From: Paramecium tetraurelia
Lineage: Eukaryota
Assembly (NCBI GenBank): GCA_000165425.1
Contig: CT868666.1
Coordinates: 62,001-126,000, forward strand
Direction of reading: 5' to 3'
Length of the DNA stretch: 64,000 nucleotides
Part shown: positions 1 to 13,300 of the stretch, piece by piece
Layout: each line of letters starts with the position of its first letter
How positions within the stretch are numbered: the first letter of the stretch is position 1
The notes under the pieces: generated by a model
What the model was told of the DNA's origin: nothing
The model's database searches: none
What the model saw: the letters and a program-made list of their open reading frames with translations, nothing else
Made by a program: the position numbers and the translations under genes

Positions 1-654
1 ACAAAATCCTTCAATTTAAAAAATATTGTTGGTAGTCTTCCTTTATTGGAATTCGTTTATACTCTACTGGAGGAATATTTCATCGATTGGAGCACCAATT
101 TAAATAAATTGGCCAACACCTTAAATGAAAATCTATATGAATTCTTCAGATTCCAAAGGGATATGTAAAATCAATGTGTAGAACTCATTTCCAATAGAAA
201 TAAAGCCCAGTGTAAATACCTAAAGGAGTACTAGGATTTGATGAAGAAGAAACACAAATACTTTACTAGCGAACCAATAGAGAAGTGGGAGATGGTTACT
301 GAAATGGATAAGATAAAGATCAAATAGAATTAGGTACTCTCCTATCATTTCATGTTGCCCAAAGAAACCCAAGAAGTTGAAGGATTGAAGATGAGATTCG
401 CGTACATCAATAGACAAGCATACCAATAGATCACTTAGTACTTTGATAATAAGGGCATTTCTTATACTACGAGAATGTGCAATATGAGTATACGGAAGAA
501 GGAGAATGCTGCATAACATACTCAATTTGTGGAAATGATAGCTTCACAATTCATGTAGATAGTGGCTATGAGGAATGGTGAAATTCCAAATTTGAAACAG
601 GAATGGATAGATTAATACTTAAATCCTCTTAGAATCAGTTGTATTATTAGGTGA
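1..654 (+). CDS. 3' part of a helical/coiled-coil protein, probably the BAR-like C-terminus of a PX-domain sorting nexin (5' end outside window)
   Basis: Frame 1 is open for 217 codons with TAA/TAG=Gln and ends at TGA 652-654. It reads ...KKKHKYFTSEPIEKWEM...FMLPKETQEVEGLKMRFAYIN..., resembling ciliate sorting-nexin C-termini as I recall them (inference). Confidence 0.55.
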
Positions 655-701
655 TAATTTGGAGACAATTATGTTATAATCATATATTAATCATTATAAT
701 C

Positions 702-1742
702 TCATTATGGCCACATCTGTACATTCTTCAAATTTGGCATTCGAATATTAAACCATCCCTTTCTTATAAATAAAGGTGCCATCACTCAATCCTATCAATC
801 CATCCAAACCATTCAATGTATTTATTAATAAATGTTGATAATTCTTGGCATCTGACTGATTCATTATTTTATAATCATTTTCATCAATTTTCTTATTTCT
901 TTCAATGAGTTTGATTTCTACCTCCACAGGATCCTTGTAGTAAAGAAAAGCTATTTGTTAAGCTTTCTTTAGAATCTACACCAAGATTTTCGTATAGATA
1001 CTCACACTTTCAGGCAAAGCATTACCAACAAATTTTGATTCATTACTCATAGTCGAAATAACTAAAAAGAATCTAAACACAAGTATTAATTAAAACATAC
1101 CCAAAAATAAACCCTGTGATGAGGATGATAATCATTTCAAAGAAATCAATGTCAAAGCAAGTGATAAATAATTGGAAAACAATCAAGCCACTTGTTAAAA
1201 TGTATAATGATTGTTGATGCAATTGCAGATCCTTCTCATTATTTGCTGATAGGACGCTTAAAAATTAAGCCAGCACCTATCCTCCAAAGGTGAATATGAT
1301 CATCAGAGCTACATTCATATTATTCACGGCTTTTATGCAGGCAAATAAAAAGTAGAATAGAATAACAAATAATGCATAGAGCAATGAATTCTCTGTGCTA
1401 AGAGACAACATCGATATTAATAGGAGTGCTCCCAAAAACAAATATAGAAAATATCCATTCTGATTAAAGAATGAGTTCATCGATTCAAATTCAATCTAGT
1501 TAGTATAAATATTCTACTAAATTAAACAACGCAATGAAATAGCATAGGAGCATCATAAAGTAGAGCTTTGTTAAATGATGCAAGTGTTCTGATGAATTTG
1601 AATTAGTATTCTCTTATTCTAGTTGTTAGTGATTATATTGCTAATTCTGATTAACCTACATGGATTATCCTATTCTTGGAGATATCACATATCTGGATTG
1701 AGCATTCGGTATAAACGCATTGGGAGTTTAACTGCTAAACAT
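702..1742 (-). CDS. Multi-pass membrane protein of unknown function
   Basis: ATG at 1742 (MFSSQTPNAF...), several hydrophobic segments (YFLYLFLGALLLISMLSL, LLYALFVILFYFLFACI), one ~28-nt GT-AG intron near 1073-1100, TGA at 702-704. Confidence 0.7.
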
Positions 1743-1775
1743 TAATTATATGTGAAATTATTTATTTTATAAATC

Positions 1776-3500
1776 TCATTTGAAGTTTTGAGCATACCAT
1801 TTCTTGGTAAACTCATCGCAATCAAGCAACTAGAATTTCCAACCGTTTATGACAACCTCATTCCCAACTATAAGATCATTTGGAGTGAAGAACTCATTGT
1901 TGTTATTGACATTTTTGTACTTCCTCTTTTCCAAGAACTTCCCATCAGGTATTCCTAATAAGAATTAGAACATCACATACCTGAGTTTCGCACTGTGGGT
2001 TCATAGACTAAAAGACTGTCATCATTTAAGAAGAAAGTGATTACAAACACTCTGTCCTTGTCTTCTGGTTTGGTTGTGTTGAACATGGCCAGAAATCTAA
2101 GATTCACTTAGTTGTCAACCCATTTGAAGAAATCCTTCCTTGGTGGTTTGGGTTACAATCTGTAAATGTATCCAAGTGAATCCTGCTCATCTCCAATACC
2201 ATTGTGAGGAGGGATGATGATATCTAAATAGATTCTAATTATTTATAATACTTGATCTTTCTTATTGCACTTGTTCTTCCTATCCTCCTAATGGGAAGTC
2301 TACATTGAACTTCTCTAAATAGTAATATCTAGTGAATTGATCACATCCAGTGATGAGGAACTTGCGATTATAAATAATTAGAGGTTGTCCAAATTAAATA
2401 TCCTATGGTCTTATGAAATCCTCAGCATATGTCTGTCCTGGTTGATTCAGTGAAAACTTTCTGGGTAACTTTTATCTTCTCAACATCATTGGGAATGGAA
2501 CTCTACCAGAGTTGGCTGAATTGATTTCCTTGATTTCAATGGTATCATCTGCTAAATAGTAATGAAGGATATATTCGATATCTGAGAACACATAGAATTT
2601 GAGAACCTATAGATTAGATATAATTTAATCGAAACCTTTCTGTCATTCTCCAGAAATTGTTTTTAGGATGTCACTCTACCACCTCCCAATTTATGTTCTA
2701 AGTAATCTTTCATCACAGTGTCTTTCTGAGGAATGAACTTAGTCATTGTCTTGGTTTCGAATGAGTCAGACTATGGGACAAACGAGGACTCTTGAGGTAT
2801 TCCTTATAACTAGAAGATTGTCAAGGGGATTTGATACCTCGTAAAACTCCCTTGTGTACTGATCGCAATCGTAGAGACGGATGGTCTTGCCAAAGATTAT
2901 GATGTCTTGATTAATTCTGAAATCCTCAGGGAGAATAAAGGTCTTGGAATCATCAGCGCGTAAGACCTATCATTATTTGAATATGCATACTTTCTATCTC
3001 TTTAGGAAGGCTCCTTGGGGGACTCCACTGTTCTCTTGCTTTGGTTCTGTTATGCTTAATGAATGATCCTCAAGGTAGTAGCAGATTGTGATTTTGCGAA
3101 TCCTGTAATTTTCAAGTGCAGATTCAACAACAGCCTCTTTGAAATATCCACTGAATCGTAGAACATGTCTATCCATTTTCACCCAAGATGGTTAATACAA
3201 TTCTTCAGAATCATTGTTTACATTCTAAGAGTGTAACTGTTTTTTGTACTTTCGGAAGATGCATAGCATGAGTTGTACTCATATAATCAGGATTGAACAT
3301 CCCTGTTTGAGGAGGTATTTGAATTGGTTATTTACGAGGTACTGCATATTCCTTATTTGGAAGATGATTCACTTCTCTATTCTATTCTTATTTAGTTGAA
3401 GAGACTTTTCTGAAGTTTGGTTTCTAATTCAAGTCAATTAAATTACATCAATCTCTTATGTGGGTACAAAACCTGGCAATTTTGGAAAAGCAGATGCCAT
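1776..3500 (-). CDS. EFHC1: EFHC1/RIB72-family DM10-domain axonemal microtubule inner protein
   Basis: Starts MASAFPKLPGF. Contains DM10 repeats, e.g. DRHVLRFSGYFKEAVVES...YYLEDHSLSITEPKQENSGVPQGAFLKR and PPHNGIGDEQDSLG. Several tiny introns; ends WYAQNFK-TGA. Confidence 0.9.
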
Positions 3501-4334
3501 TTAATAATAATTATTAATTAATTAATTCAACACACATAAATATACATAAATCATTCACGTTTAAGTCCAATTACATCTAATCTAAATTTACTCCTCCAAC
3601 TTAAGAAATGAAATTTGAAATCCATTAGTCAAACTAAAATCTCCCTTAAACTGCTAATGATTATCATTTTTCATAATATTTGTATACTTCTCAATATTGT
3701 CTTATTAACCAAATGAAAACTTGACTTTTACAACCAATATTTATGATTTAAATCAGTTCTAATTTAAACTTTAATTTACATCAAATTACACGCATAAGTG
3801 AATAATCATAATTAGGTTATCATGAAACAGTGCTGAATTTAATCAAGTTACTCCTTATTAGATATTAGTTAATTCTATTTGAATCTACTTAAACCTGATT
3901 TTCAAATTAATTGATAGTTTTACTAATTTTCATCTATTTCATTATTCTAATCATATTTCCTCAATAATATATTGTCGTGTTGATAAAATTAATTTAGCAT
4001 TTAATATTCCTTTGAGAAAGTAATTTAATTTGTACCGACCGTGATTCTAAAGTTACTATTATATTTAAACCTTAACATTTATTAATATATTCCTATTTAT
4101 AAATTGTTTAATTTAAATAATAATTATTTTCAAGTAGTTCATTAATGCACTATGTTAAGGAATGAGTTTAAAGTTCAGGTTGATAGATAAACAGATTTTT
4201 TCAAAACGATAATATTAATTGATTAATTTTCAAAATTGAATAGGAATAATTATTTTCTGATTTAAACAGAGAACATTTAATTTTACATAATAATTTAATT
4301 TTTAGAATTACAGAACAATTCAATATTATTAATA

Positions 4335-5443
4335 ATGCTTTTTTGTAAACCTTAGGTGGAATTGTCTGAAGAATAGAAGAAGTTAAGAAGATGGGTTAAG
4401 GAAATCTAATTGCTATAGCATTATGGTATATTAACTTTGCTAATGTTTAGGGTTGAAGATTGGTTTAAATTATTGCATATTTGATTTCGATGTTGAATAT
4501 CTAGGGAAGATCTATAAGATACACACATTTAGTGGAGGTCAGAACAATAAAGTATGTCATATCCTTATGTAGGAAATATTAATACTCCTTCATGGATACG
4601 GTGGATCAAATCTTCATTATTCCAGGATTTATGGTGAATTGATAGAGAAATTCAAGGTATATTCCTTGGATCTACCTGGAATGGGATATTCAAGTAAATC
4701 AGATATAAAAATGGACTCTTGCGAAGAAGCAATGGATTTTTTTATGGGGACTATTTCTAAGTTGGTGATGGGGTTGTGTCCAAATCTGTAAGTGACTCTG
4801 ATTGGTCATTCCTTTGGTGGTTTTATAGCTGCCCATCTTCTTGTGAGATTCCCAAAACTATTCAAAAGATTAATACTATTAAGTCCTGCAGGCACTACTT
4901 ATTACACAGAGGAATAGATTATGTATATATGTTGATCATTGTAGTCAAAAACAAGACTTCTCTCAATTGTCATTTCTGAGAAGAAAGATGATTGAATATG
5001 CCAAAGGATTATGGGAAGGGGTGTTTGCCATCCCGTAATATTTGAATGATCGTTTTATTGGGAGATAGTTTATTAAAATCTATTTAAAACACAGAATGCG
5101 TTTAAGTGGGATTGAGTATACTCTCTGGAAATCTTACATTGATGAAATGTTGGAATTGCCAGAGGGATCAGAAAAGTCTATATGCTTATTTTTCCATTTC
5201 CCAATATTTGCTAAAGGTCAAAATTCGATTGAGAGTATATTATCGATGAATGGAAATCAAATTAAGAATATTCCAATTTCGTTTTATTTTGGCAATTCTG
5301 ATTGGATGGATTTTAGAGGAGCAATGAACTTGAATTTCAATTAAAATATTAGACTCAGAATAATCCCTGATGCTGGGCATCAATTAAACTTCGAGAACCC
5401 TTAAGGTGTTGTTCAAGCTATCGTTTAAGAAATATTTCAATGA
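4335..5443 (+). CDS. Alpha/beta-hydrolase (ABHD4/ABHD5-like)
   Basis: Motifs LLHGYGGS, SLDLPGMGYS, nucleophile elbow GHSFGG, LILLSPAG, SDWMD and AGHQLNFENP; three short introns. Confidence 0.88.
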
Positions 5444-5549
5444 GATTTACTGTCTTTATAGACCTATTGATTATATATATATTTATAAAAATTATTTATT
5501 ATTTACAGAAATGTGGGACCCCAATGCATCGATTTAAGAAAAATAAAAA

Positions 5550-6169
5550 ATGGAGCAATACATGAAGGAGAAGATTCTAGAAACATTCAACCTATTTGCT
5601 CAAGATAAGAAGGGATATGTTGATAAGAAGTAATTGATCACTTAATATAAACAAGGGAAATTCCTTACATCATGAGATTCTTAGGTAAATTCCCTAGTGA
5701 AGCCTAAGTGAGCAAAACCATTCTTCCATAGATTGAAGAGGACGAACCTAGTGAGTCAATCAAATATTAAAAATTTGAACCTTACATGATTCAAGGTACT
5801 ATCGACTATCCCTTAATTGTAGTATTAAAGACCAATGAATATGATCCAGATGATACAGATACTCTATTAGCAGCATTTAGATAATTGGATGAGGAAAAGA
5901 AGGGATATATTGAAATCGATACATTAAAATAGAAACTTACTACGATGGGGTAATTACTATGTTGATTATATGCATTAGAATACAATTTAGACCTCTAGAG
6001 ATTGAAGACTTTATCAGATTTGCAACAAATGGAGATCCTAAGTACAAAATATTTATATATACTTCATAGTGCAACTGTTATTTATTATGAAGATTATATT
6101 TTGAGATTACAATTCTTTATTGAGAAACACATGGATTCCGTAACGAAATAATACAATCCTGAAAAATGA
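5550..6169 (+). CDS. EFCAB2: EF-hand protein, EFCAB2/DRC8-like (dynein regulatory complex)
   Basis: MEQYMKEKILETFNLF...EIPYIMRFLGKFPSEAQV...IEEDEPSESIKYQKFEPYM...LLAAFRQLDEEKKGYIE; four tiny introns; TGA 6167-6169. Confidence 0.75.
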
Positions 6170-6241
6170 TTATATGTTTTAAGTAATCATTACCATTATT
6201 TTTTGTATCTAATTAATATTTCTGAGATTTTAATTAAATTA

Positions 6242-7294
6242 ATGAAGCAGTCCTTTTAAATCAAATCAGACATGTATTTATTATTATATAGTTTGAGATA
6301 GCTTTGCTTTAAAATTGTATTCCTGGGATCCAGTTCAGTTGGCAAAAGTTCCATAATTAAGAGATTCCTCAAAAATGAATTTGCAATGAAATCGATGAGC
6401 ACTGTCGGAGTTGCATGTGTATTACATATTGATTACCCAAGGAATCGAAAGTAATTACTATACACAACCAATAAGTAAAGGTGCAATTGTGGGATACTGC
6501 AGGACAAGAGAGATATAGATCCCTGACTAAGAATTACTATAGGAATTGCGATGCAGTGGTGATTGTCTATGATATTGCAAATATGAAAAGTTTCTATTAA
6601 GTGAAAGGCTGGATTGCTGATTTTGAAGAGTATTCAATTGATTCATCCCACTAGCAAATGTGAAAGACCAGCAATTAAGATGTTGCTAGGAAATAAAATA
6701 GATCTGAATCGAGAAGTGGGAATTGAATTGGGTACTCTCCTTGCCCAAAAACAGAAGCTATTATTCCAAGAAGTATCAGCAAAATAGAATACCAACGTTG
6801 AAAATGCAATGATAAAGTTAATAGAAATTATGATTCAAACAAGATAAATTGATTCTGGAGGCAAATTAATCAGAAGGGGATCTCTCGTTGAAAGTAAATC
6901 GAGCAGCGGAGACATGTCCTCCAGTGGGATTAGTAAATCCACTAGGCCTGTTTCTTATAAGCCCCTAGAAAAGGATGTATCGAGTTTTGATACTTCCAAG
7001 TTATAGGCTATTAAGTCTGGGGGTGAAAGTTCATAGGAAGAATCTCCCTTTACTTCTGGGCCTCTTCTATACCAGACTTCTCCTCCGACCATAATTGTGA
7101 CTCCACCAGAGGATGCTCTTGTTGCCAAACAAGATGAAAACAACAACATGTGGTTAAGTATTTCGAAACATAAAAAGAAATCCCATAGTGTGAGTATGAC
7201 TTTGAAATTGGTTCATCCCAGAGAATCTGAAACTATTAGGGATGAATATTTTCTCAGATAAAATGCAAATGAGAGTTGTTTCTGCTCTTGTTGA
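6242..7294 (+). CDS. Rab-family small GTPase with a long C-terminal extension
   Basis: G boxes [26 protein letters not shown] and EVSAK; C-terminal CFCSC (CxC prenylation motif); three tiny introns. Confidence 0.9.
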
Positions 7295-7359
7295 TTATAT
7301 ATAAATTCTCTATTAATTAATTAGGAAAAAAAAAGATTTAAAAAATTATTTTAAATAAA

Positions 7360-7837
7360 ATGCCAAAGGGACAGACAACAACAACAACATAAAAAGCATA
7401 GAAGGCTGCCAAGAATGCTAGAGTTGCTAAGAAGGTCATCAGAGCTAGAACTCATTTCCAAAATAGATTCCACACAGCCAAACCTTTGGCACTTGCAAGA
7501 AAACCAAGATTCACCAGATTGACAAGATAATTGAAACCCATAACCAAAGGTTTAGATTTCTAAAATGTCCTCAAACACCCTCTTATTACAGAAAAGGACA
7601 TGAAGAAGATGGAAGATGAAAATACCATGGTCTTCTATGTCAATTAAAAAGCAACTAAACCATAAATCAAAAGAGCATTCTCTAAGATCTACGAAGTCAA
7701 AGTCAGAAAAGTCAACGTAATATTTACATGCCTATATTCAGATCTTAAATACCTTTGGAGGCAAAAAGAAGGCATACATTAGATTGGGAGGTGAGAATGA
7801 TGCACTCAATTTGGCCAACAAAATCGGAATCATCTGA
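7360..7837 (+). CDS. RPL23A: 60S ribosomal protein L23a (uL23)
   Basis: ...VLKHPLITEKDMKKMEDENTMVFYV...KVRKVN[intron]ILNTFGGKKKAYIRL...ALNLANKIGII-TGA. Confidence 0.95.
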
Positions 7838-8009
7838 GTGACAAAGTCATTTTATTGCATAGTAAAATATATATAAATATATCTATCCTTTCTTATATCA
7901 TTTATGAACACTAAAATAAGTATATAATTATATATATATATTCAAAAAGAAATAAAAGAGTTTCGATAAAACAAGTATTGTTAAGTATGTTCAGGACATA
8001 CTAAGTAAT

Positions 8010-8382
8010 ATGGTTGCTGAGAAGGCAGACCTTCCAGTGCCTTCTGAGATCTGCAAAACTGAAGAAGATCTTGATTTAGACGATCTGATCATAAATGAGA
8101 TGCCAAAAACAGAAGGTCCTGAATTAATCAACTCAACAACTGATTAATCACAAAAACTTAATGATCTTGCCAGTCCCAGAAGGAAATTAGTTACTTTTGA
8201 TTGAGATACCTATAGACTCATTTATAGATATTAAAAAGTCTAAATCTAAAATTATTGTTATACCTTGCTAAGTGGCCAAACGCTCTTTCAAAATGATAAG
8301 ACCAAGTCCAAGTGAAATAGACTTTTTAATTCGCTACAATGAATTTTATGAGAAAATCAATGAAATTGTGATGAATGAATGA
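8010..8382 (+). pseudogene. Small hypothetical gene or frameshifted remnant
   Basis: Two overlapping coding-like frames (8010-8204 MVAEKADLPV...; 8095-8382 ...IDFLIRYNEFYEKINEIVMNE). I could not join them with an intron of normal size. Confidence 0.3.
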
Positions 8383-8427
8383 ATGAATTGTGAATACATC
8401 TTAATGATATTTAATTTGATTAATATT

Positions 8428-9529
8428 TCAAACTTGTATATTGGTAAAATCTGCAGATCTTACTAATAACAAAGCCTATTCACTTATAGCTTATTCACGT
8501 TGGAATTCATTTTTGGTGTCATTATAAATTTAAACTTCGTCGGCATACAAGTCATTTTCCAATTAGAGTTACTATTCATAAGTGGCTTGGTCCAATCTTC
8601 TTTGATCTCTGAATTGAGTGACTTGATCAATCTTTTCTAGAATGTTAATAGTATTTATTGATACCTAAAGTTGCTGTCAAATCAACATTGAGAGCATTTA
8701 TTTGTTTCTAGAATTCAGCGAATTCAGCATTCAATTAAACTATTCTGGCTTCGAAATTCTCTTGGTCTTGGACTTCTTACAATGACAAGTCATTGATTGA
8801 ATCTACGATGGCATTTCTAAATTCATTAAGAGTGTTGACAATTTATGTTAAGACTCCTTGATCTGAGAAGTTCTGATTTGATGCCAAAGAAATCAATGCC
8901 TTTAAAAATGGAGCCATTTTGCTTCTTGGTTTGATACTCTATTCAATTTTCTTAAGGGAATTCTAAAACTTCTTGACTTAAGCCAATGATGGGTTATTGA
9001 GTGTTGACAACAAGGCCAATGCATCATCGACTGCAGCTGTTGCATCATTCAACTCAGCAATCTAAGCTTCATATGCTTCGTGCTCTTGTTCTCTTGTGAG
9101 ATTTTCTTCATCGACCTTTTATCTATTTTGAGCCTAGTACTCCTCAAGAGTCTCGATTCTCACTTCCAATTATTCCTTTCTGGGTACCAAGAGATTTTCA
9201 ATAAGATCCTCTGATCTGCTTACATCAATTTGAGCCTATTGGATTTGTTAATTCAATTGAACAAGAAGAGCGTTGTGTTCATTTGTTCTACGCTAGAAAT
9301 TGAAATCTAAGAACTAGAGTCCTTCATCCAAGTCATTGACAAGTTCTTCAATAGCATCAACTAATTCAGAGACCGCTCCTCCAGCCATAGAATGCAATTC
9401 AAGCAAATGTAACAAGGCTCTTCCATAATTTGACTTTTGCAATTCTGCTTGTAATTTCTGAGGACTTTAACTTCTCAGCTTAGCACATGTGGCCAAACAA
9501 ATCACCAATGCAATGATCAAAAATCTCAT
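8428..9529 (-). CDS. Trichocyst matrix protein precursor (TMP family)
   Basis: Signal peptide MRFLIIALVICLATCA, then ...YGRALLHLLELHSMAGGAVSELVDAIEELVNDL...RRTNEHNALL..., with acidic coiled coils typical of TMP precursors; one intron. Confidence 0.88.
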
Positions 9530-10396
9530 TTTTTAATATTATTATGCTCACAGCATTACCGTTTTTGTTTTTCTTTATATAATTCAACCATAACATAACT
9601 TCATAATATTTCCATTTGATTCCTTATTCAAATTATGCCCAAAGCAATTGCAGATTCCCCTCTCTACTGAAGCATCAACATGAGCAGAATCTAATCTCTA
9701 AAAATTGATTACTCACTCTGTTGTTGGGGTTATGATACTCAGTGCAAATCTTGATTTCTTTTGAATGGGAAATGGGGACAATGTTCAACTTCTCAACTGG
9801 AACCCATATGGAGAGGTTTTTCAATGATAATAATCAATTGGGGGAGATATGGAGACTGAAAATATATCTGCTGATATATTATTATAATATCTTGCATAAT
9901 GATTGATATCAATTGTTATTATTAATTATAATTATTAATGATTATATTAAATCTTATGTAATAAAATTTTGAAATTAATTCCGTTTTCTTCTTATTCCAC
10001 ACAATTTTATGATTTTGGGCTTATGTAAAAAGACATTTACAATGTCAATGATCACTGTAATGTTTAGGATAATTGATAATATTAAATCAATATCGATTCA
10101 GTTATTATTATTAAGATTATAAGTGCGCGAGGATGGTTGGAAAGTAACGGTTAATAGTTCTAAGTGTGACCAAAATTATAAAATGGTGATCAGTTTAATT
10201 GGTGATGTGGAATCATAATGAGAATTAAAAAATAAAAATATAAAGAGGGCGAGATATGGTTATATTTTTGAAAGCGATAACTGTTTGAATTTTTATCAGC
10301 GAAAGGTTTTTGATTATTAATAGTAGGTGATATTATATTTTTGAGGAGCAAGATATTAAGTTTTAGAGAGAGGAAAATTAAGTTTAAATATATTTT

Positions 10397-13300
10397 ATGT
10401 TTTACTTTCAAGGTAAAATTTTGTTACTATTTCATATATTCAAGTACACTATCAGTTTATGTTTGAAGCTTTGCGTTTGGGTCTGGATGCCAATAAGAAT
10501 TGCTGGAGTAAAATGATTATGAGATTCAGCATACATCCTCAATTTATTAGACCATTGGTATTTGGTTTCAATGGAATCCTACGTTTTAACAGATGAAGGG
10601 ATTGCAAGGGTACAACCCTAATTATCTCTTATATATCGAGAAGAACGAGATAGATGCAACAACGAGTGCTTCAAGGATATTTCAAGAGTTGGAATATAAC
10701 TATTTTCTTATATAACACTACGCATTTCAAAGCTACGCGTCAGCACCTTAAAATGCATAGCACCAACAAATCGAGAGAGTTTTTAGTTTTAGACTAGACC
10801 CATTCCTTATGGAAGGGAATTGGGGCTTTCATTGTTTTAGCTACGATTCAACAAGCAAAGAGTATAAAGTTTATCTTTGGTTTGCAAAGAAAGGGTCAAT
10901 GACTGAGGACTTTATTTTCGAATCAAAAGGGTACAACTTAGATAGGGATCCAGGAACATAATACACGTATATAGTGGGCGACATATAGACGCCCCCTTTT
11001 GGTTAAGTGTATCGAAAGATGGACGACGAGGTGATTCCGTTGAAGTTTCGAGGTCTGAGAAGTAAGCTTTACTTTAGTGACACTTACTTGGGGACATTGG
11101 CAGAGTTTTTAGCATTAGATTAATTGAGTTGCCAAAAGTATAATTATTGTAATGCCATGGGAATAACAAGAGCATTTGTTCCTTTGATCGATGGAATAAC
11201 TTCGAACTTCCCTCAAGTGTCAATCCAAAACTATAGGGAGGAGAGATTTAGTTTTTCAGGATGGGTAAAGTTAAATAAGATGTATGGTGCATCTTAGGAT
11301 ATAACAATAGTTAGAGTGGCCATCTATGAGTTTTACTCAAATGATTATATTATGGGAGATAGACTGTTTATGATGAGTTATCATTATGATCCTGAATACC
11401 TGTAAAATTCATCAATTTAAATTGATACATATTCATATGACTACCCCTACATATCCTTTTATACGACCACTCTATTTGACACCTACAAAAAGCAAGGCTT
11501 GAGTATGTTCGAGTTGATGACCAAATGGCATTACTTTATGTTTGAAGCAGGAGTTCAATCATATGTCTCTAATGTTAATGTTCGAATAAGGGATGGAGCA
11601 ATCTCAGATCCCAATTATTACGACATAAAATATAATTACTAAAGAAGGAATCAATTCAAACAATCCTAAGTAGTTGTAAATTTAGGAGGAGATAAGTTCA
11701 GTCCTAGTCCTATGAATGGATTCTTAGCCAATGTGGCGATGGAGTATTGTTACTCAAGTGATTAAGTCTTTGAGTTCAGTAAATATCTTATGTTATTTTG
11801 AAAAGGATGCCATTCTATTTGCCAAACCTGCTTTGGTCCTGATAAAACACATTGTCTAAGTTGTAAGGATACCACAACAAAGGTGTTGAAGAATAATTAA
11901 TGTCTGTGTATACGAAATTATTACGAAGATGAAAACAATGCTTGTCAAAGTATTTATTATCGAATCTAAAATATAGCTCACAATTCATATTTGGGATCAC
12001 TCCAATTAGTGTAAACTAATCGTAATAATGCGTGTCAAGAGGATCAATTTCTAATTCCAGGAGACAGTTCCACAATCTGTCAGAAGTGTCCATCATCAAA
12101 GAGTGATTTTCAAATAATGTGCAGTGATTGTTTATTGAATCAAAAGACATGGTATCAAAACCCCATTTGCTCACAAGATTACATCCAACACCAAGAAGGA
12201 GATGTGTTCGACGGGAGTAGCGCTTATCAATTGATAAAAAGGGATAAGATTGATTAAGATTATTATCTGATTGGCAAGGATGGAAGTTTAAGTCTCTGTG
12301 AGGGTTGTTTCGGAGTAGTGACAGATGATACACAATCACACATATTGTAATATTAATTGGATAAACTTACCAAAATCTACTGCAAACCTTGTCATCAAAT
12401 AATTAATAACTCTTGTGTCAATCTCAATCTTAATTGTCTTGAATGTGACGATGACTTCAAATGTCTGACCTGTTAATCAGACTTTCAATTACTGAATTCA
12501 GACTGTATTAAATGTCCCTCTCATGAATGTTCCACATGTATAATTAATTAAGGCAGGGTGAAATGTGCATCATGTCCAAAGGCTACTTACCTAAATAACG
12601 GCGCTTGTGTAAAATGCGGTCAAAACTGTTAAATATGCGACATTGACAGGTGTTAAAGATGCGTTGACATTAATCAATACTATCTATCACTTGATGGTTT
12701 GAATTGTTATCCAAATCCTATTCCTAATTGTTTGATTGCTTTCGAAAGAGTCAATGGTCAAAGAACATCGAGTCTCCAATTCAATTACCCTCTCTTGCAA
12801 AGAGATCAGACTACAGTTGTGGAATGTGCTTTGTGTAAATCTAATTATATCAATAAATTGACCAGTTGCTCATACTACGATCAAATGGATGAAACTGAAT
12901 AGAGTCTAGATATCAACAATGATGGTAACATCCTGTAATTAGACATCTAAATTGCTAAAGCTACTTAATGCTAGAATATTGAGGCTAAAAATATGAAAAT
13001 CGATTGTCAAAGTCCCTGTTTTTAATGTGTTAAGCAAAACAAATACTTATTGGATGGATGGAAACAACAATTAATGCCCTTTTATCAATCCTATTTCTCA
13101 TCCTCTAAATTTGATAATGCCCCAGATCCCCTCAATACCAATCTAGTCTATAGCAAAGATAATCTTCATATACACTGCACTTCCTGTCGAGAAGGATATG
13201 AATTATATATAACAGAATGCATCCCCATTTGCTCATCAAATTGTGAATGTAAAATAGTCAATAATCAAAATATGTGTTATAAATGCAAATCAAATTAAAG

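Noticed and set aside
220..525. ORF-track 101-aa minus-strand ORF and similar ones (6955-7149, 12016-12339, 32893-33198, 40449-40763, 43091-43372)
   Set aside because: These are antisense shadows of genuine genes that become continuous under the ciliate code.
3545..3935. Possible small minus-strand gene
   Set aside because: Only a partial coding-like frame, with no consistent start, intron structure or recognisable motif.
1776..6169. Ciliary gene cluster (EFHC1 and DRC8, plus DRC12 further on)
   Set aside because: Ciliary genes are abundant in ciliates and these are interspersed with unrelated genes, so chance is sufficient.
9580..9897. GC-richer patch with minus-strand coding-like fragments and in-frame TGAs, considered as TGA read-through or selenocysteine use
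   Set aside because: The frames cannot be joined, no SECIS or selenoprotein motif is evident, and the conserved genes use TGA as stop. A small pseudogene is the simpler explanation.
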